From Takakia lepidozioides (Eukaryota > Plantae > Bryophyta): a stretch of DNA of 64,000 nucleotides. The notes beneath the pieces are model-generated. The model searched no databases. It was not told the origin of the DNA and saw only the letters and a program-made list of their open reading frames with translations. Positions 12,421-25,580 of this stretch are shown here, in pieces. A program made the position numbers and the translations under genes. Numbering within the stretch: the first letter of the stretch is position 1; each line of letters opens with the position of its first letter. The stretch covers positions 28,272,001-28,336,000 of the forward strand of contig CM060733.1 in assembly GCA_030704615.1 (NCBI GenBank), written 5' to 3'.

Positions 12421-13114
12421 ACTGTATTTTTAATATTCATTTTCATATTATCTGGAAACGTTGAATCCCCTTACTCTACCGAAGTTGTTCCTTTAGAACA
12501 AATAATAATCACAGAATCAACTTTCGTTTAAATTGCTATATGTATGAATCCATCTCACAAACCTTCCTGACTCTTCTCATATCCATTGTGCATTCATCTA
12601 CACTGTATTCATGCGTGCTCCATTCATGAAAGCTTCCTTTGTACAACATCCATTGTACATTCATCCTCTGTACTCTTTAATCCACCCCACAAACCTTCCA
12701 CACTCATTTCATATACTTTGTGCATTCGTCAAAAGATTTGGTCATGCATCTTCCTGTCATGAATTTTTGTCATTGCTCAACATCCATTATGCATTCATCC
12801 ATTTTACTCTTATCCATCCGTCATTCATCCATCTACATAGATTTTTCAAACTCATCCATCTGTTTATCATCCAACTATACATTCATCCATCATTTATTCA
12901 ATGCCTTTTATTATGTCGTCCAGCTTGTTTCCGCGGTAAAGGGTGCCAATCCGCGGGAATACACTCCACTTCTTTCTGGGTGCGTGGTGACTCGGCCTCC
13001 ACGTGTGATGACGTGGACTGAGACCCGTGACGTGGCATTTGCGCAAGGTGACGTGGCGTGAGCGCAGTCGCGCTCACGCGCTCACGTGACCAGGCTCACG
13101 CCGAGGCATCCCTA

Positions 13115-14635
13115 CTCCGTGTCATCCACTCGATAATGATTTCCATATGCCTTCATGCCACGAAATGAAGCTGATCTCAATGAGAGGGGAGTAGACAAAT
13201 GAATTGCATCCATATCCTCAACACTATGCCCAGAGACATGGGCCTGGACTGCACGGCGTATCCATACCGGTAGGGGTGGAAACTCCAACAAATGGGGAGG
13301 GTATGGCACCGGAAGGCTGCGGTGACGTCGACGATTGGCACGCCACTCATGAGCACATGCCTCTCTATCTGTAGTGAACTGTGTCTTCTTTGTTGCATAC
13401 TTTCTGTCACAAAATGGCAACAAGAATGACACATGTTAGCAATGAAGTGTTGAATTACTTTGCAAAAAATACCTAACATGAATGATATGAAAACCACTGG
13501 ATGAGTGAGCAGAATGACTTGTAAATGAACATGTTCTTCCAAAAAGTCACTCACTTAGACATTCAGTTACTACAAAAGTGGTTATAATCACGATGAACCA
13601 CTGACATTTATGACTTTGTGGGTGGTTTTATTACACTGGTGATAGTCACAATTGCAATTGAACTTGATATGAATAAGGTGCAATGAAAAGAAGAATTCAC
13701 TGCACCCAAGGAACCATCACATTGATATTATTCAGCACATACAAATGTGTTGCATCTCTCTCAGCTCCACTCATGTCCCGCTTTTTGCCGACACCTTCCA
13801 AGACCTCGTTCTCAACCCCTTCCTCTGCATTTGCATCCCAAATCCGCCGTTGAGTTGCATCAAATGATTGCATATACTCACTCATGAACCCCATGGCCTC
13901 ATCAAGAACATACCCTGCAGCCATACTCCCTTCTGGCTTTGCGTAATTCCTAACGTATCCCTTGATATCTTTCATGTAACGCTTCATGGGATACATCCAC
14001 CGTGAAGACACCTGACCACATGTGTCTAGTTCATCTACGAGATGAACTAGCAAATGGGTCATGACATCAAAGAAAGAAGGGGGGAACTCTTTCTCTAACA
14101 GACACAAGGTTATAGCAACATCCTCACGCAATGAATATATTTCATTAGGGTCCCATACTTTGGCACAAATCCAGCGGAAAATGCGACTCACACGCATAAT
14201 GACCCTACGTGGGCCTGGAGCCATGCAATGGCGAATACACACAGGTAAAATTTGTTGCATTAAAACGTGATAATCATGGGACTTCATACTCGTCAAATGT
14301 TTCCTAGACGGGTGTATGTGTTTCTGAAATGCACCTGCAAATCCCGAAGGAGTTTTGATAGCCCCCAAAATATCAAGAAATATCATGATTTCAGCGGGAG
14401 TGAGAACATATGGTGCTGCTGGTTTCATGATACGTGAAGGGTTTTGTGGATCAGGCCGAAGCCACAAGTGACGTCTGATGTCGATTACCTCCATGTCATT
14501 CCTCACCTTCACCGTGTCTTTCCGTCCGAAAATCGTCTTCAACAAGTTTTCACAAAAATTATTTTCGCAATGCATGGGATCCAGTAAGTAGCGTTGCAAC
14601 AGATCCTGCAATTGGTGACACCATTTCAGGAACAT
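13115..14635 (-). pseudogene. CACTA transposase central part (DUF4218-like), 5' truncated
   Basis: LDPMHCENN, MKSHDYHVLMQ, FPPSFFDVMTHLLVHL, RWMYPMKR, PEGSMAAGY motifs; further exon at 13115-13400. Confidence 0.92.
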
Positions 14636-15775
14636 TCCGACAGATTGCAGTCCTATACAAATCAGATTCCTTTATGAGCACTATATACTTCCACGTCTAA
14701 AGTGGCTATGATGCATGACAGTCCCTCCTAAGTGGTTCAAACAACTCATTTAGTGCATTATTAGCCTCTCAAATGAGGTCAACAACTTCCTAAGCATCAT
14801 GGATACTACATCTGACCACTCCACGAGTTATTAATGTGAAGTCCAAATTACATGCAGTATTGCTACTTTACCACTCGGAAAGTAAGAAGTAACCACTATA
14901 GGGGCACTACCTTTTCCATTTACAAAGATTATTGAACTCAAACAAGTACAAGTGCAGGGGGGAAAGCCACATTCAGTGGTTGAGGACCCTGTAATCACTA
15001 CTGTACAGGTGGGGCGCAAGGGGGCTCCTGAAAAATTGCCACGCAAGAAGGGAGGTGGAGGTGGGACAGCACTGGCTGCTGGTGATGACGTCTGCTCCAT
15101 TGACAGTGCTGGTAAGGGTGACAGTAGGGTGTTGGCAGACAAGAATGTACCTATTCCTCACCAGGCAACTTCCCCACAGAAAGAGGTACCTCTTCCCAGC
15201 CTTTATCTTGTTTCATTTTCTTGGGCAGACTGTCCGTCATCTGTTACTCTCATGTATGTTTTATTTAATGGTATGCGTGACACCAATACAGCCATGAATG
15301 CATTATCAACATGTTGGTAAGTACTCATGTTGTTTTTGGCATGTAAATAGGGGAGAAAAGCTGAGGAGCCTGCCCCAGCCGTCGTGAAGGGAGCTGAAAA
15401 GAAACAAACATGAAAAGCTGAACGTGTGACCAGAGCCACTGCAGCCAAAGACACTTTCAAAATGGCTGATGCATTTGGCGACATAACACCAGCATCTAGC
15501 GGGAGTAAGGATCAGGTGGGCCTTGAGGAGGCACCTGGTCCTGCTGTAATCCCCGTACTAGAGGTGAGCACCCATAAGCATTCCCTGTTGGCTACGTTTG
15601 TTGTACAATGTGGTCATTTAGCCCCGTTGGGGTACATGGCTGTGACATTTACAGGACTTTAGAGTTCTAAGGGATGTTTGCAGGCTGAGAAAGCTGCTCT
15701 TCATACTTCCACATGCACTGCACCAATTGCGCCTGCATCAAAGCCAACCCCCACAATTCAACCCCCTGCCACTCT

Positions 15776-16450
15776 CACTACAACAGATGAGCGTTTTTAT
15801 GACTTCACATATGACTATTTTTTCAGTCTTATATGCGTTCGTGACTACATCACTCTGTAATGAAAAAAGCCCTGTCATAGCGACTAGTCTTTAGGACTGC
15901 GTTTTGCAAGTCATATCCGTGACTGCTTGCGTGGCACCTGGAGTCCTACTGCAGAGAGGGTTGCAGTCACAACTATATGACTAATATATGACCACATTGT
16001 CTATTGAGCGCTGCCTACATGGAGAGGCTTCAGCGAGACACGTGCGCCACTGCGCAAGCGACACGTCATGCATTCATCAGGGGATCATATGACTATATCT
16101 CTGCAAAGTGATGCCTACATGGAGAGGCGACGGATGGACACGTGCGCCACTGCGAATTTGACATGTCACGACTTCTTGCCATGATCATATGACTACATGT
16201 CTGCACAGTGATGCCTACATGGAGAGGCGCTAGCGGGACACGTGTGCTATGGCAGATTTCACACGTGGTGATTACATGACTTGCTCATATGACTACAGGG
16301 ATGTCTACATGGAGAGTTGTTAGCGGGACACCTGTTGCACTTGAGATGTGACATGTGGCACACAGACAAAACATATGACTAGCATATATGACTACGGATC
16401 TTTACACGTGGTGAAAATATGGATAAAAAATGTCGTGTCATATACTGCCA
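15776..16450. repeat. CACTA-2 terminus and subterminal repeats
   Basis: Many ATGACTA motifs and about four ~100-bp units containing CATATGACTA..CTACATGGAGAG..GACAC. Confidence 0.8.
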
Positions 16451-17621
16451 CGTGTTCTGGTTTGAGCAAGAGTGATGCCACATGTCATCAAGATTGTTTT
16501 CCGAAATAATTTATATTTTTAATGTTCATATTTTATTTTGTAGTTTTCATTTAATATTTAAAAGAACAGGGAGATTGCAGCCTTGGATTTTTTTTTAATG
16601 GTATTATTTTTAATATTATTATTTAAAATGAAAGTGAATTAAATGATTTAAAATCTTCATTACATGGTGAAATTCCAACATGAAATCAGAATGGATCCCT
16701 CCTGCATACCATCAACCACAATGAGAATGAAAATAGTCAACTACAGGGCAATACAAGCCCTATAAATCACATTACAAAAATCCAAATGAGACCAATGTCC
16801 CAATGGACACCTCAAAAGCCACAAGGTCAAAAAATCCATGCCTCAAAAGGCCCAGCCAAAAACAAGCAAGCCCACACATGGGCTGAATTGTTGTAGCTAG
16901 TATGTTCTAGTGCTATTAGAATCAATAACTCTGTTAAACAGTGCAATACTGACTATCCCTTCCGCAACTCCATAAGTTTCAGTAACTTTAGACTCCAAAG
17001 TGTTGTCTGGCCAACCACCTGCCCCAACTCGGTCTGTTTCCTAACACCATTCACATATGGTAGAGGGGTGTTACTGACACATGCCTCTTTGATGTACACA
17101 CAGGCATAATCAAGGGGCACAACAGGGTACCCGTAACCCACCACAGCACCTTGAAGAGCAACAATCAGCCCTACTCCACATTTCTTGCGTTTGGAGTTCA
17201 CATCCAACAGCCGAACCTCGTCACCCACCCTGAACTGTGATCCCAACTCCACACAAAAAAGAACACGATGTGAAAACCCATGACATACACACGACTAGGA
17301 CACTCAACATTTGCGATTTAAAGAGAGCCCCAAGGTTGGAAAAAAAAAAAAAACAAGACAACGGCCTGGACTTACTCCATTTGCAGTCTCCAGTGGTGGT
17401 GAGACCTCTTGTGGGGGGCTACTCGCCGGGTCGACACTCTTGCCCCTCGTCTGTACCGGCTTGTCGATAATATCACCTTTGTTTGTCACAAGTTCTTGTG
17501 TCACAGACCAGAGAACAACCAGGAAAGCAATGAGCAAACAGGAATAGTGAATAGAAACAAAATCCAAGTATGAATCAAACAAAAAAAAGCCAACATGAAA
17601 AGCTGCAAAGAAAACCTAGCA

Positions 17622-18491
17622 TTAATCAAGCAACCAAGGAGAAGCATCTAGGAAAGCAATGCAATGAATGAACCCACAAAATTGTAGCCTCTGGAGCACT
17701 GTCAGAATGTTTATACCTTCACAGTAGCAGTGTTGTATGGTTGTTGTCCGAAAACAGACTGAGACTCCAAAAACTTGGGAATACTGGCAGCTTTCGATGC
17801 CTTCCACAAGAAAGGCCACAAACACCTCTGTTAGATACTCATCAGTTGGTGAATCTGGTTGCACCTTCCATGGCTCTAGAAAAATCCCACTGAAGGGAGG
17901 ATTGTTTGCCGCCTTTCTTGGTGTGTCGTCAACAAGAACAGTGTCCTCATAAGTCCATTCTGGCCAGTCTGCCCACACTGTAGACAAGTTCTTGAAATAT
18001 AATCGTTTTGAATCAGACCCCTTACGGCATGGGAGGACTGGATCCTCGTCACAGTGAAGGGCATCCCACTGGAAAACCAGGTTAGTGTGGGCTGCAAAAA
18101 TATAGTCCACCATTGGGAAGAAGTTGCGAGCTTGGCAACAAGACCACACCGCCACCTCAAAGTGTTCAAAACACTTTTGCAAAAAGTCATAACAATGTGG
18201 TCTCAAAACTACCATCTTCTTGCCACACATCTTCCCCACAAAACCTTTGGGAAGGGATGCAGGCCCATTAGCAGAATGAAAAGATTCACATAACAGACCA
18301 TTTAAGTCCAGAATTAGTAAATGCTTCCTCGTTGGTCCAGGAAGTAAACTGACATTTGGCTTCAACATGTGAGCATGAGAAATTAAAGCAACCTGCTTGT
18401 TTGTTTTGTCCCCGTCTGCATCTTCCTCCCCATTTAAACTCCCACATACCTGCATACCAGAATCCGGTGTGCCCGGCGGCTCTGTCACCAT
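17622..18491 (-). CDS. FCP1/NIF-like HAD-family phosphatase domain (exon of the CACTA accessory gene)
   Basis: LLILDLNGLL, VLRPHCYDFL, FEVAVWS, FKNLSTVW, DTVLVDDTPRKAANNP. Confidence 0.85.
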   Translation of the reverse strand: MVTEPPGTPDSGMQVCGSLNGEEDADGDKTNKQVALISHAHMLKPNVSLLPGPTRKHLLILDLNGLLCESFHSANGPASLPKGFVGKMCGKKMVVLRPHCYDFLQKCFEHFEVAVWSCCQARNFFPMVDYIFAAHTNLVFQWDALHCDEDPVLPCRKGSDSKRLYFKNLSTVWADWPEWTYEDTVLVDDTPRKAANNPPFSGIFLEPWKVQPDSPTDEYLTEVFVAFLVEGIESCQYSQVFGVSVCFRTTTIQHCYCEGINILTVLQRLQFCGFIHCIAFLDASPWLLD

Positions 18492-18605
18492 TGCCCCTTA
18501 GACTGCTATTGCCTTTGTACGTGGCAAGGGCTGAATTTCCACGTGTACCTCACAACTGGCCTTCCCTGTATCCTGCTGCTGCTCGGTCAAATTCAAAAGA
18601 TCATC

Positions 18606-19332
18606 TGTCGCGGCCCTTTGCCTTGAGGGCAGGAGGTCGGGACACATGAGGGGCTGCCCCTGTGGTGGGGGCAGCGGCAGCGATAGGTATGGGGGGGCTG
18701 AAGCACCCTTGAGTGCCCAAAGCACTCAGGGAAGCGGAGGCGCTCACTAGGTGGAGCCCCGCACACCGGGTTGCGGTGGGGGTGGCTCCACAAGGGGTGG
18801 TGGTAGCTTAGCGGGACTTAGTGGGGGTGGCATAGGACTCACCATGGGGGCGAGACCTCGTGGTGGGAGTCGTGGGGAGTCTTGGGACTCATCACGGTCC
18901 ATAGGGGCCGTGGTGAGTGGGCCAAGACTCACCGCGACTCATCACCGGGAGTCGAGGGTTTCCGTGGTGGTTCGCCATAAAATGGCATGGCTGGTTGTGA
19001 AACCCCCGCGGACAACTACAGAAGTATATATAGGGAGTAGTAACCCCGAGAACGGTGCAAGCCCGTTGGTGACCAAAAACTAGTGAGTAAGTGAGCGAGC
19101 CGGAAAGCGACCAAAGAGTGGGGAGCTGTTCCGGACTGCCAACTACCAAAGGGAATTCCCGCTGGTTCCAAACCGGTGGAGGGTTCTTTGGGAGAACAAA
19201 AGGGGACCGTTATGCCCCGGTGAGCAGCCGAAGCTCCAAGTTGGCCCGGCGGCCAGGTTGGGAGTCAGGCGCGCGCATCAAAGCGAGTAACTATGACATC
19301 AGGGGGAGCTTACCGAAGTGAGGTGCGCGACA
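18606..19332 (+). repeat. 5' LTR
   Basis: TGTCGCGG...GCGACA; differs from the 3' LTR at only about 8 positions. Confidence 0.96.
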
Positions 19333-19334
19333 CT

Positions 19335-19346
19335 TGGTATCAGAGC
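19335..19346 (+). other. Primer binding site (initiator tRNA-Met)
   Basis: TGGTATCAGAGC two nt after the LTR. Confidence 0.92.
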
Positions 19347-19387
19347 TTAGAGTTCAGTACGCGATCGTCCTTGGGATTGGCCTCATC

Positions 19388-22300
19388 ATGGGGTCGGGCA
19401 AGCCGAAGCGAAAGCGGAACGGCCCAAAAGATGATGATCCTGGTGAGCCCGATGGGGGCGACGTGTCACCGAGACGGCCGTTTGAGGAAGCGATGCATGT
19501 TTCCGAAAACGAGGCCGCTCAAGAGCGGGAGGAATCCGAGGAGTCGGAGCCTGAGGAATCCTTGAGATCTCCGACAAACCAAGAGATGCCTCCCATGCCG
19601 GCAGCCTTTTGGGAAGGGTTGTTGGCGCAGTTTGGCGGGACGTTGAAAGACGTGTTGAAGGCGGCTAATGCCACTTCCACTAAGGCAAAGTTTAAGGTGA
19701 AGCCTAAGGAACCCGGCACCTTCGAGGGCGTCCGAAATCGGAAGGCACTCAACACCTGGCTCCTGGAGCTAGAGCAGTACTTCCGGGCGGCCAAGTTGAG
19801 TGACGAGGATCAGGTGGAAGTGGCTCCCACCTATTTGAGGGGCTATGCTCAACAATGGTGGCAGAAACGCCTTCACGACCGAGGTCCAAGCCCGGAAACC
19901 TTGAACTGGAGTGGGTTCAAGGAATTGATGAAGAGACAGTTTGTGCCCCTCAACGCGTCCTGGCTTGCCCGGGACAAGATGAGGAATTTAAAGCAAACAG
20001 ACGACATTCGGGGATATGTCCAGGCTTTCAATGTGCTTTTGCTCGAAGTCGCGGACATGGCAGAACCGGAAATGGTCTTCAACTTTGTGGCAGGACTGGC
20101 CCCATGGGCCAGGCGGAAGTTGGAGGAGAAGCCACCTAAGACTTTGAACGAGGCAATTGAGAGGGCTGAATGTTTCTCAGATGTCCCTAGGGGTGAAAGA
20201 CAAGGCCGTACGGAGCTGAACCACAAGAAGACCCGGCGAGAAGGTGACTCCTTCCGACCGGAAAAGAAGTGGGATAGGCCACGCGGCGACAATGGCACGT
20301 GGAAATCGAAGGGAGGGCCTTCACACGTCAAGGCGGCACCCGGTGCTTCGAAAGGAAAAGCGGGTGGAGCGGCTTATGGCGGACAGAAGGCGACCTTTGA
20401 TGGAGTGTGTTTCAATTGCGGAGAGCCCGGGCACATGGCCAAGAAGTGCACGAAACCCCGACAATTGAACATGACTTGGGCAACCACGGAGCTGTCGGAA
20501 GATACCATCAGTCGCTTGGTGGAAGCGGTGGTCGCCAGGACTTGCAAGGTAGGCAAATATTCTTGTGAGTTGTATGAGGAAACTGGGGCATTGCGTAAAG
20601 GGAGTCACTTATTGTTCGTGGATGGGATAATATCCGGAACTAACGTGTCGTTGTTGGTGGACACAGGAGCGTCGCACTCCTTCATGACGCCGGCGGCGAC
20701 GCGAAAGTTGGGACTCCCGACAAGTGACGTGAGGGCCTCTATTGAGGTGCGTTCTGCCAAAGGAGAACCACAGTTGGCGACAAGGTTGGTGTTTGATGTT
20801 CCTCTTCAACTGGGGAGTTGGGAGGGACGTGAGAACTTCACCATCTGCAAGATCGATGGAGTGGATCTCATTTTGGGGATGACCTTTTTGAGCAAATCCG
20901 GAGCGGTCAATGATGGCCGCAAGAGAGTGGTCACGCTGCCATGTGGGAATGGTGGCGAGGTTTTACGAGTGTCGGAAACGCCCAAATCCGTGGGAGGGCG
21001 AATAAACCTTATGTCAGCAAGGGAGTGGGCCGTAGAGGAGGCACACGAGCCCCAGTTTTTGCTTTACATTAGAGAAGTGAAGGGAGAAGGCGATGGGGAG
21101 CCGAGCCCAGATTGGATCAAGGGGATCTTGGAGAAATACCAGGATGTGATGCCGGAGGATTTACCAAGCGGCTTGCCACCGCGAAGAGGAGTTGACCACA
21201 AGATTGAGGTGATATCGGGATCGGAACCGCCTGCCAAGGCACCCTACCGGTTGAGCCACAGGGAGTTGGTCGAGCTGAAGACTCAGCTCAAGGATCTAAT
21301 GTCAAAGGGGTACATCCGCCCGAGTAAGTCACCTTACGGAGCCCCGGTGCTATTCGCAGACAATAGGATGGGACGCTGCGGATGTGTGTCGATTACAGGG
21401 CTTTAAATAAGGTGACTATCAAAAACCGGTACCTTTTGCCAAGGATCGACGACCTCTTCGATCGGTTGGCAGGAGCGAAGTATTTCAGCCGGATCGACTT
21501 GCGCTCAGGCTATCATCAAATTCGGGTGGCGGAAGGAGATGAAGAGAAGACTGCGTGCAGGACAAGGTATGGTTCATATGAGTTCTTGGTGATGCTTTTT
21601 GGGCTCACCAATGCACCAGCGACCTTTAGCACGCTGATGAACAGCCTTTTCCAGGAGTGGTTGGATGACTTTGTGATCGTGTACATCGACGACATCTTGG
21701 TGTACTCAAAAACAAAGGAGGAGCACCTAGAGCACCTGAAAAGGGTGTTCCAAAAATTGCGAGAAGGGAAGTTGTATGCCAAAGCTTCAAAGTGCGAATT
21801 CGGGGTCACAAAAGTGGAGTTCCTGGGGCATGTGATTACACATGATGGGATCAAAATGGATGACAGGAAGGTGAGGGCAATTTTGGACTGGGAGCCTCCG
21901 ACTTCGGTCCCGGGAGTGCGATCCTTCCTAGGACTCGCCTCCTATTACCGGAAGTATGTGAGAAATTTCGCCAAAATCGCGGGGCCGCTGTCAGACCTTC
22001 TGTGTAAATCTAAAGTCTGGGCATGGAACACCTTTTGTGGCCAAGCTTTTGCTGAATTGAAGCAGCGGATGGCGGAAGCTCCAGTCTTAAAAATCCCGGA
22101 GTTCGACCGTCCATTCGAGATACATACAGATGCGTCGGACTTCGCGATTGGTGGTGTGCTGATGCAAGATGGACGTCCAGTGGCTTACGAAAGTAAGAAA
22201 CTGAATGAAGTGGAGCGACGATGGCCGACGCACGAGAAAGAGATGAAGGCGGTGGTGCACTGTCTTGAGCTTTGGCGCCACTATGTTGGTTCCAACCCAG

Positions 22301-23948
22301 TGAAGGTGTTCACGGACAATGTCACGGTGAAGTATTTCGCCACGCAACCCAAGCTGTCCCCAAAACAACTTAGGTGGCAAGATACTTTGGCGGTGTGCGA
22401 CGTGGATATCCAGTACAAACCGGGACGAGACAACGTGGTGGCCGATGCTTTAAGTAAAAAGCAGCAGCTCTTGTTGGTGTACAAGGCCGAGACGGCGCTC
22501 CAAAGGAAGATCCGGAAGGCTTACCGGAATGATGAGCTGGCAAAGTCCGTGATGCAGGACTTGACGATGGGGGTTAAATCGCAGTTCCACTTGCAAAATG
22601 GACTGCTCCGGTATAAGCAAAAGCGTCTCTACGTGCCGAAGGGAGGGATCAGAGATAGCCTCTTGAGAGAATGCCATGATAGCCCGCTTGCGGGCCACGG
22701 CGGAGCCAAGCGCACTGCGGCACTCTTAAAGAAAGAGTATTTCTGGCCCAAACTGAGGGAGGAGGCAGAGGAGTATGTCAAGACATGCACCACATGCCAA
22801 CAAAACCGGAGCGAGTACAAAAAGCAAGCGGGGCTGTTACAACCCTTGCCGATTCCAGAGGGGACTTGGGAAAGCGTCTCGATGGATTTCATGACTGCTA
22901 TGCCGCTGTCAAAAGGACTCGATGCAATCATGGTGGTGGTGGATAGGTTCAGTAAAATGGGCCATTTCATCCCCACCAAGGAGACAGCAACGGCGCAGGA
23001 GACAGGGCAACTTTACTTCGCCCACGTCTTAAAGCATCATGGAGTCCCGAAGGATATTGTCTCGGACCGCGATCCAAAGTTTACGAGTAAATTTTGGAGG
23101 GCACTTTGGAAGAAGATGGGGACGAGGCTAAAGATGAGCACCGCCTTCCGACCTACGACCGACGGCCAAACAGAAAGAGTGAAATTCCGTAGTGAAGCAG
23201 ATCTTGCGGAATTACGTGTCGGCACCAAACAGACTGGGTGGAACACTTAGACGCGGCAGAGTTCTGTTATAATAACACAGAACACTCCGCAACGGGAGTT
23301 TCCCCTTTCGTATTGGTCTATGGAAAAGCACCTCTGGTGCCGACAAGTTGGGCCGCCCAGGACGTTGAGGAACCGGCAGTAGCGGCGGTACTGGAAGAAC
23401 GCGAGCGTTTGTTGAAGCTCGCAAAGTACAACATTGCCAAAGCTAGGAAACGGTATGAAAGGCAGGCGAATCGGAAGCGGAGGGAAGTGAAGTTTGAGGC
23501 AGGCACGGAGGTCTGGTTGAACATTAAGAATTTCCGACTACCTCCGGAAGTGAGTCCGAAGTTCGTACCTCCGTATGCGGGACCCTTTCGTATTCGGAAG
23601 GTTATGAATGAGGATGTGTATGAATTGGAGCTGCCGACAAACAGCAAGGTGCACCCTGTATTCCATGTCTCCCTTTTGAAGCCTTACTTCAAAGATGAAG
23701 CGCGTCCGAATCGGCATCAAGTGTTGCGTCCGCCACCTATGTTGTTTGATCATGAAAATGAACCTGAGTACGAGGTGGAGGCAATACTTACGTCGAGGAG
23801 GTTCAAGAACCGAGAATCGGAGTATCTCGTCAAATGGAAGGGCTATCATCATGTGGAGGCATCTTGGGTGCGTGCCTCAGAAATGGGAAACGCATCTGAG
23901 GCGGTCGCAGCTTTCGAAGGGCGACCTCAAAAGCGGAAGAAGCGTTGA
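19388..23948 (+). CDS. Gag-Pol polyprotein (gag, zinc knuckle, protease, RT, RNase H, integrase, chromodomain) with small indels near 21365 and 23183-23225
   Basis: [35 protein letters not shown], integrase HHCC and [25 protein letters not shown]. Confidence 0.95.
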
Positions 23949-24853
23949 TGGGGACATCAACCTTGGAGCGTGGGGGAGGAAATGCATGCTTAGCCCGGCT
24001 TAGCTAGCTTAGGAATCCGATTGCAAAAACTTGTATTGTACAAAACGTGCTATAAATGAAATGGATTCCAAATGTTGTGCGTCCTATTTTGTTTGGAATG
24101 GTGATGCATGGTATGGTTGGCTAGTGCGTAGAATGCATGCTAGCTTATAAAAGTGGGAGAGGTAAATTGGGTTAATCGTGTGTTTGCGTAGTGCCGAAAT
24201 CGGGCGACCCCCATCCGAGGGGCAAGGAAACTTGTGCCTTCTTTGGGAGTTCACGTGCTAGTGCGCACCTGGCGCGTGCGCGTACTATAACTGCGCTACC
24301 GAGGGGGTTGCCTTGTAGTGCGGGCTAACGCGGAAGCCACGTGCTTCCGTTCACGTACTATAATCGTGTAGCCTCGGGACGAAGTCGTAGTGCGGCTTCG
24401 GCGTGTTCCCGTACCTCAGGCCAGCATTCCAAGGCGGACCCAATTGTAGTGATTGGGGCGCACGATTGGTTCAAGGTTATCTTCCTAGTCAAAGAGGGTT
24501 CTAGGTGAACCCTTGCTCAAGGTGATGCCAAAAGCGGCATCATGAGCATTCGCAAGCAAGGTTGTTGCAGTAAGGCGATTCGATCCTCGGGGAGGATCGT
24601 TCCTTGGCCTTGAAGTAGGCCAAGAAGAGTGCACTGGGAGGAGCTGGAGAGGCTCCACCCTTGGCCGGGACTTGGAGGAAGTCGGCCGAACTAGCTAGTG
24701 GAGAGTAGAGTCAAGTGTGGGGTTTGGTTCTTTGCCATGGGACGCCATGGTGCGGAAACAAACTCCTTGATGTGGGACGCCACAACTTGGATGTTCGTTT
24801 CTACAAAATGGACAAGTCGATGAGGACATCGACTCCCTGTTGGTAGGGGTGTG

Positions 24854-25580
24854 TGTCGCGGCCCTTTGCCTTGAGGGCAGGAGGTCGGGACACATGAGGG
24901 GTTGCCCCTGTGGTGGGGGCAGCGGCAGCGATAGGTATGGGGGGGCTGAAGCACCCTTGAGTGCCCAAAGCACTCAGGGAAGCGGAGGCGCTCACTAGGT
25001 GGAGCCCCGCACACCGGGTTGCGGTGGGGGTGGCTCCACAAGGGGTGGTGGTAGCTTAGCGGGACTTAGTGGGGGTGGCATAGGACTCACCATGGGGGCG
25101 GAGACCTCGTGGTGGGAGTCGTGGGGAGTCTTGGGACTCATCACGGTCCATAGGGGCCGTGGTGAGTGGGCCAAGACTCACCGCGACTCATCACCGGGAG
25201 TCGAGGGTTTCCGTGGTGGTTCGCCATAAAATGGCATGGCTGGTGTGAAACCCCCGCGGACAGCTACAGAAGTATATATAGGGAGTAGTAACCCCAAGAA
25301 CGGTGCAAGCCCGTTGGTGACCAAAAACTAGTGAGTAAGTGAGCGAGCCGGAAAGCGACCAAAGAGTGGGGAGCTGTTCCGGACTGCCAACTACCAAAGG
25401 GAATTCCCGCTGGTTCCAAACCGGTGGAGGGTTCTTTGGGAGAACAAAGGGGGACCGTTATGCCCCGGTGAGCAGCCGAAGCTCCAAGTTGGCCCGGCGG
25501 CCAGGTTGGGAGTCAGGCGCGCGCATCAAAGCGAGTAACTATGACTTCAGGGGGAGCTTACCGAAGTGAGGTGTGCGACA
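24854..25580 (+). repeat. 3' LTR
   Basis: Near-identical to 18606-19332, followed by TSD TCATC. Confidence 0.96.

Larger units (their letters stand above)
1798..13114 (-). mobile_element. Mutator-like (MULE) DNA transposon, 11.3 kb, both ends present
   Basis: Exact 9-bp TSD CTCCGTGTC at 1789-1797 and 13115-13123; inverted GGCGTGAGC..CACGTGAGCGCG subterminal sequence at both ends; encodes a MULE-type transposase. Confidence 0.92.
493..14920 (-). mobile_element. CACTA (En/Spm) element 1, one terminus present, interrupted by a MULE; inner boundary approximate
   Basis: Begins CACTAGAGGAAAAACG at 493, followed by dense AACCACT/AGTGGTT repeats, which recur at 13490-13640 and 14700-14900. Carries CACTA transposase segments. 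The partner terminus was not found. Confidence 0.8.
18606..25580 (+). mobile_element. Full-length Ty3/Gypsy chromovirus LTR retrotransposon
   Basis: Two 727-bp TG..CA LTRs, 5-bp TSD TCATC (18601-18605, 25581-25585), PBS, gag-pol with chromodomain. Confidence 0.97.

Noticed and set aside
14930-15775. Plus-strand low-complexity exon-like ORFs
   Set aside because: No recognisable domain; cut by CACTA-2; cannot be assigned
21360-21385. Programmed gag-pol frameshift
   Set aside because: The break lies inside the conserved start of RT and has no slippery site; a simple deletion explains it
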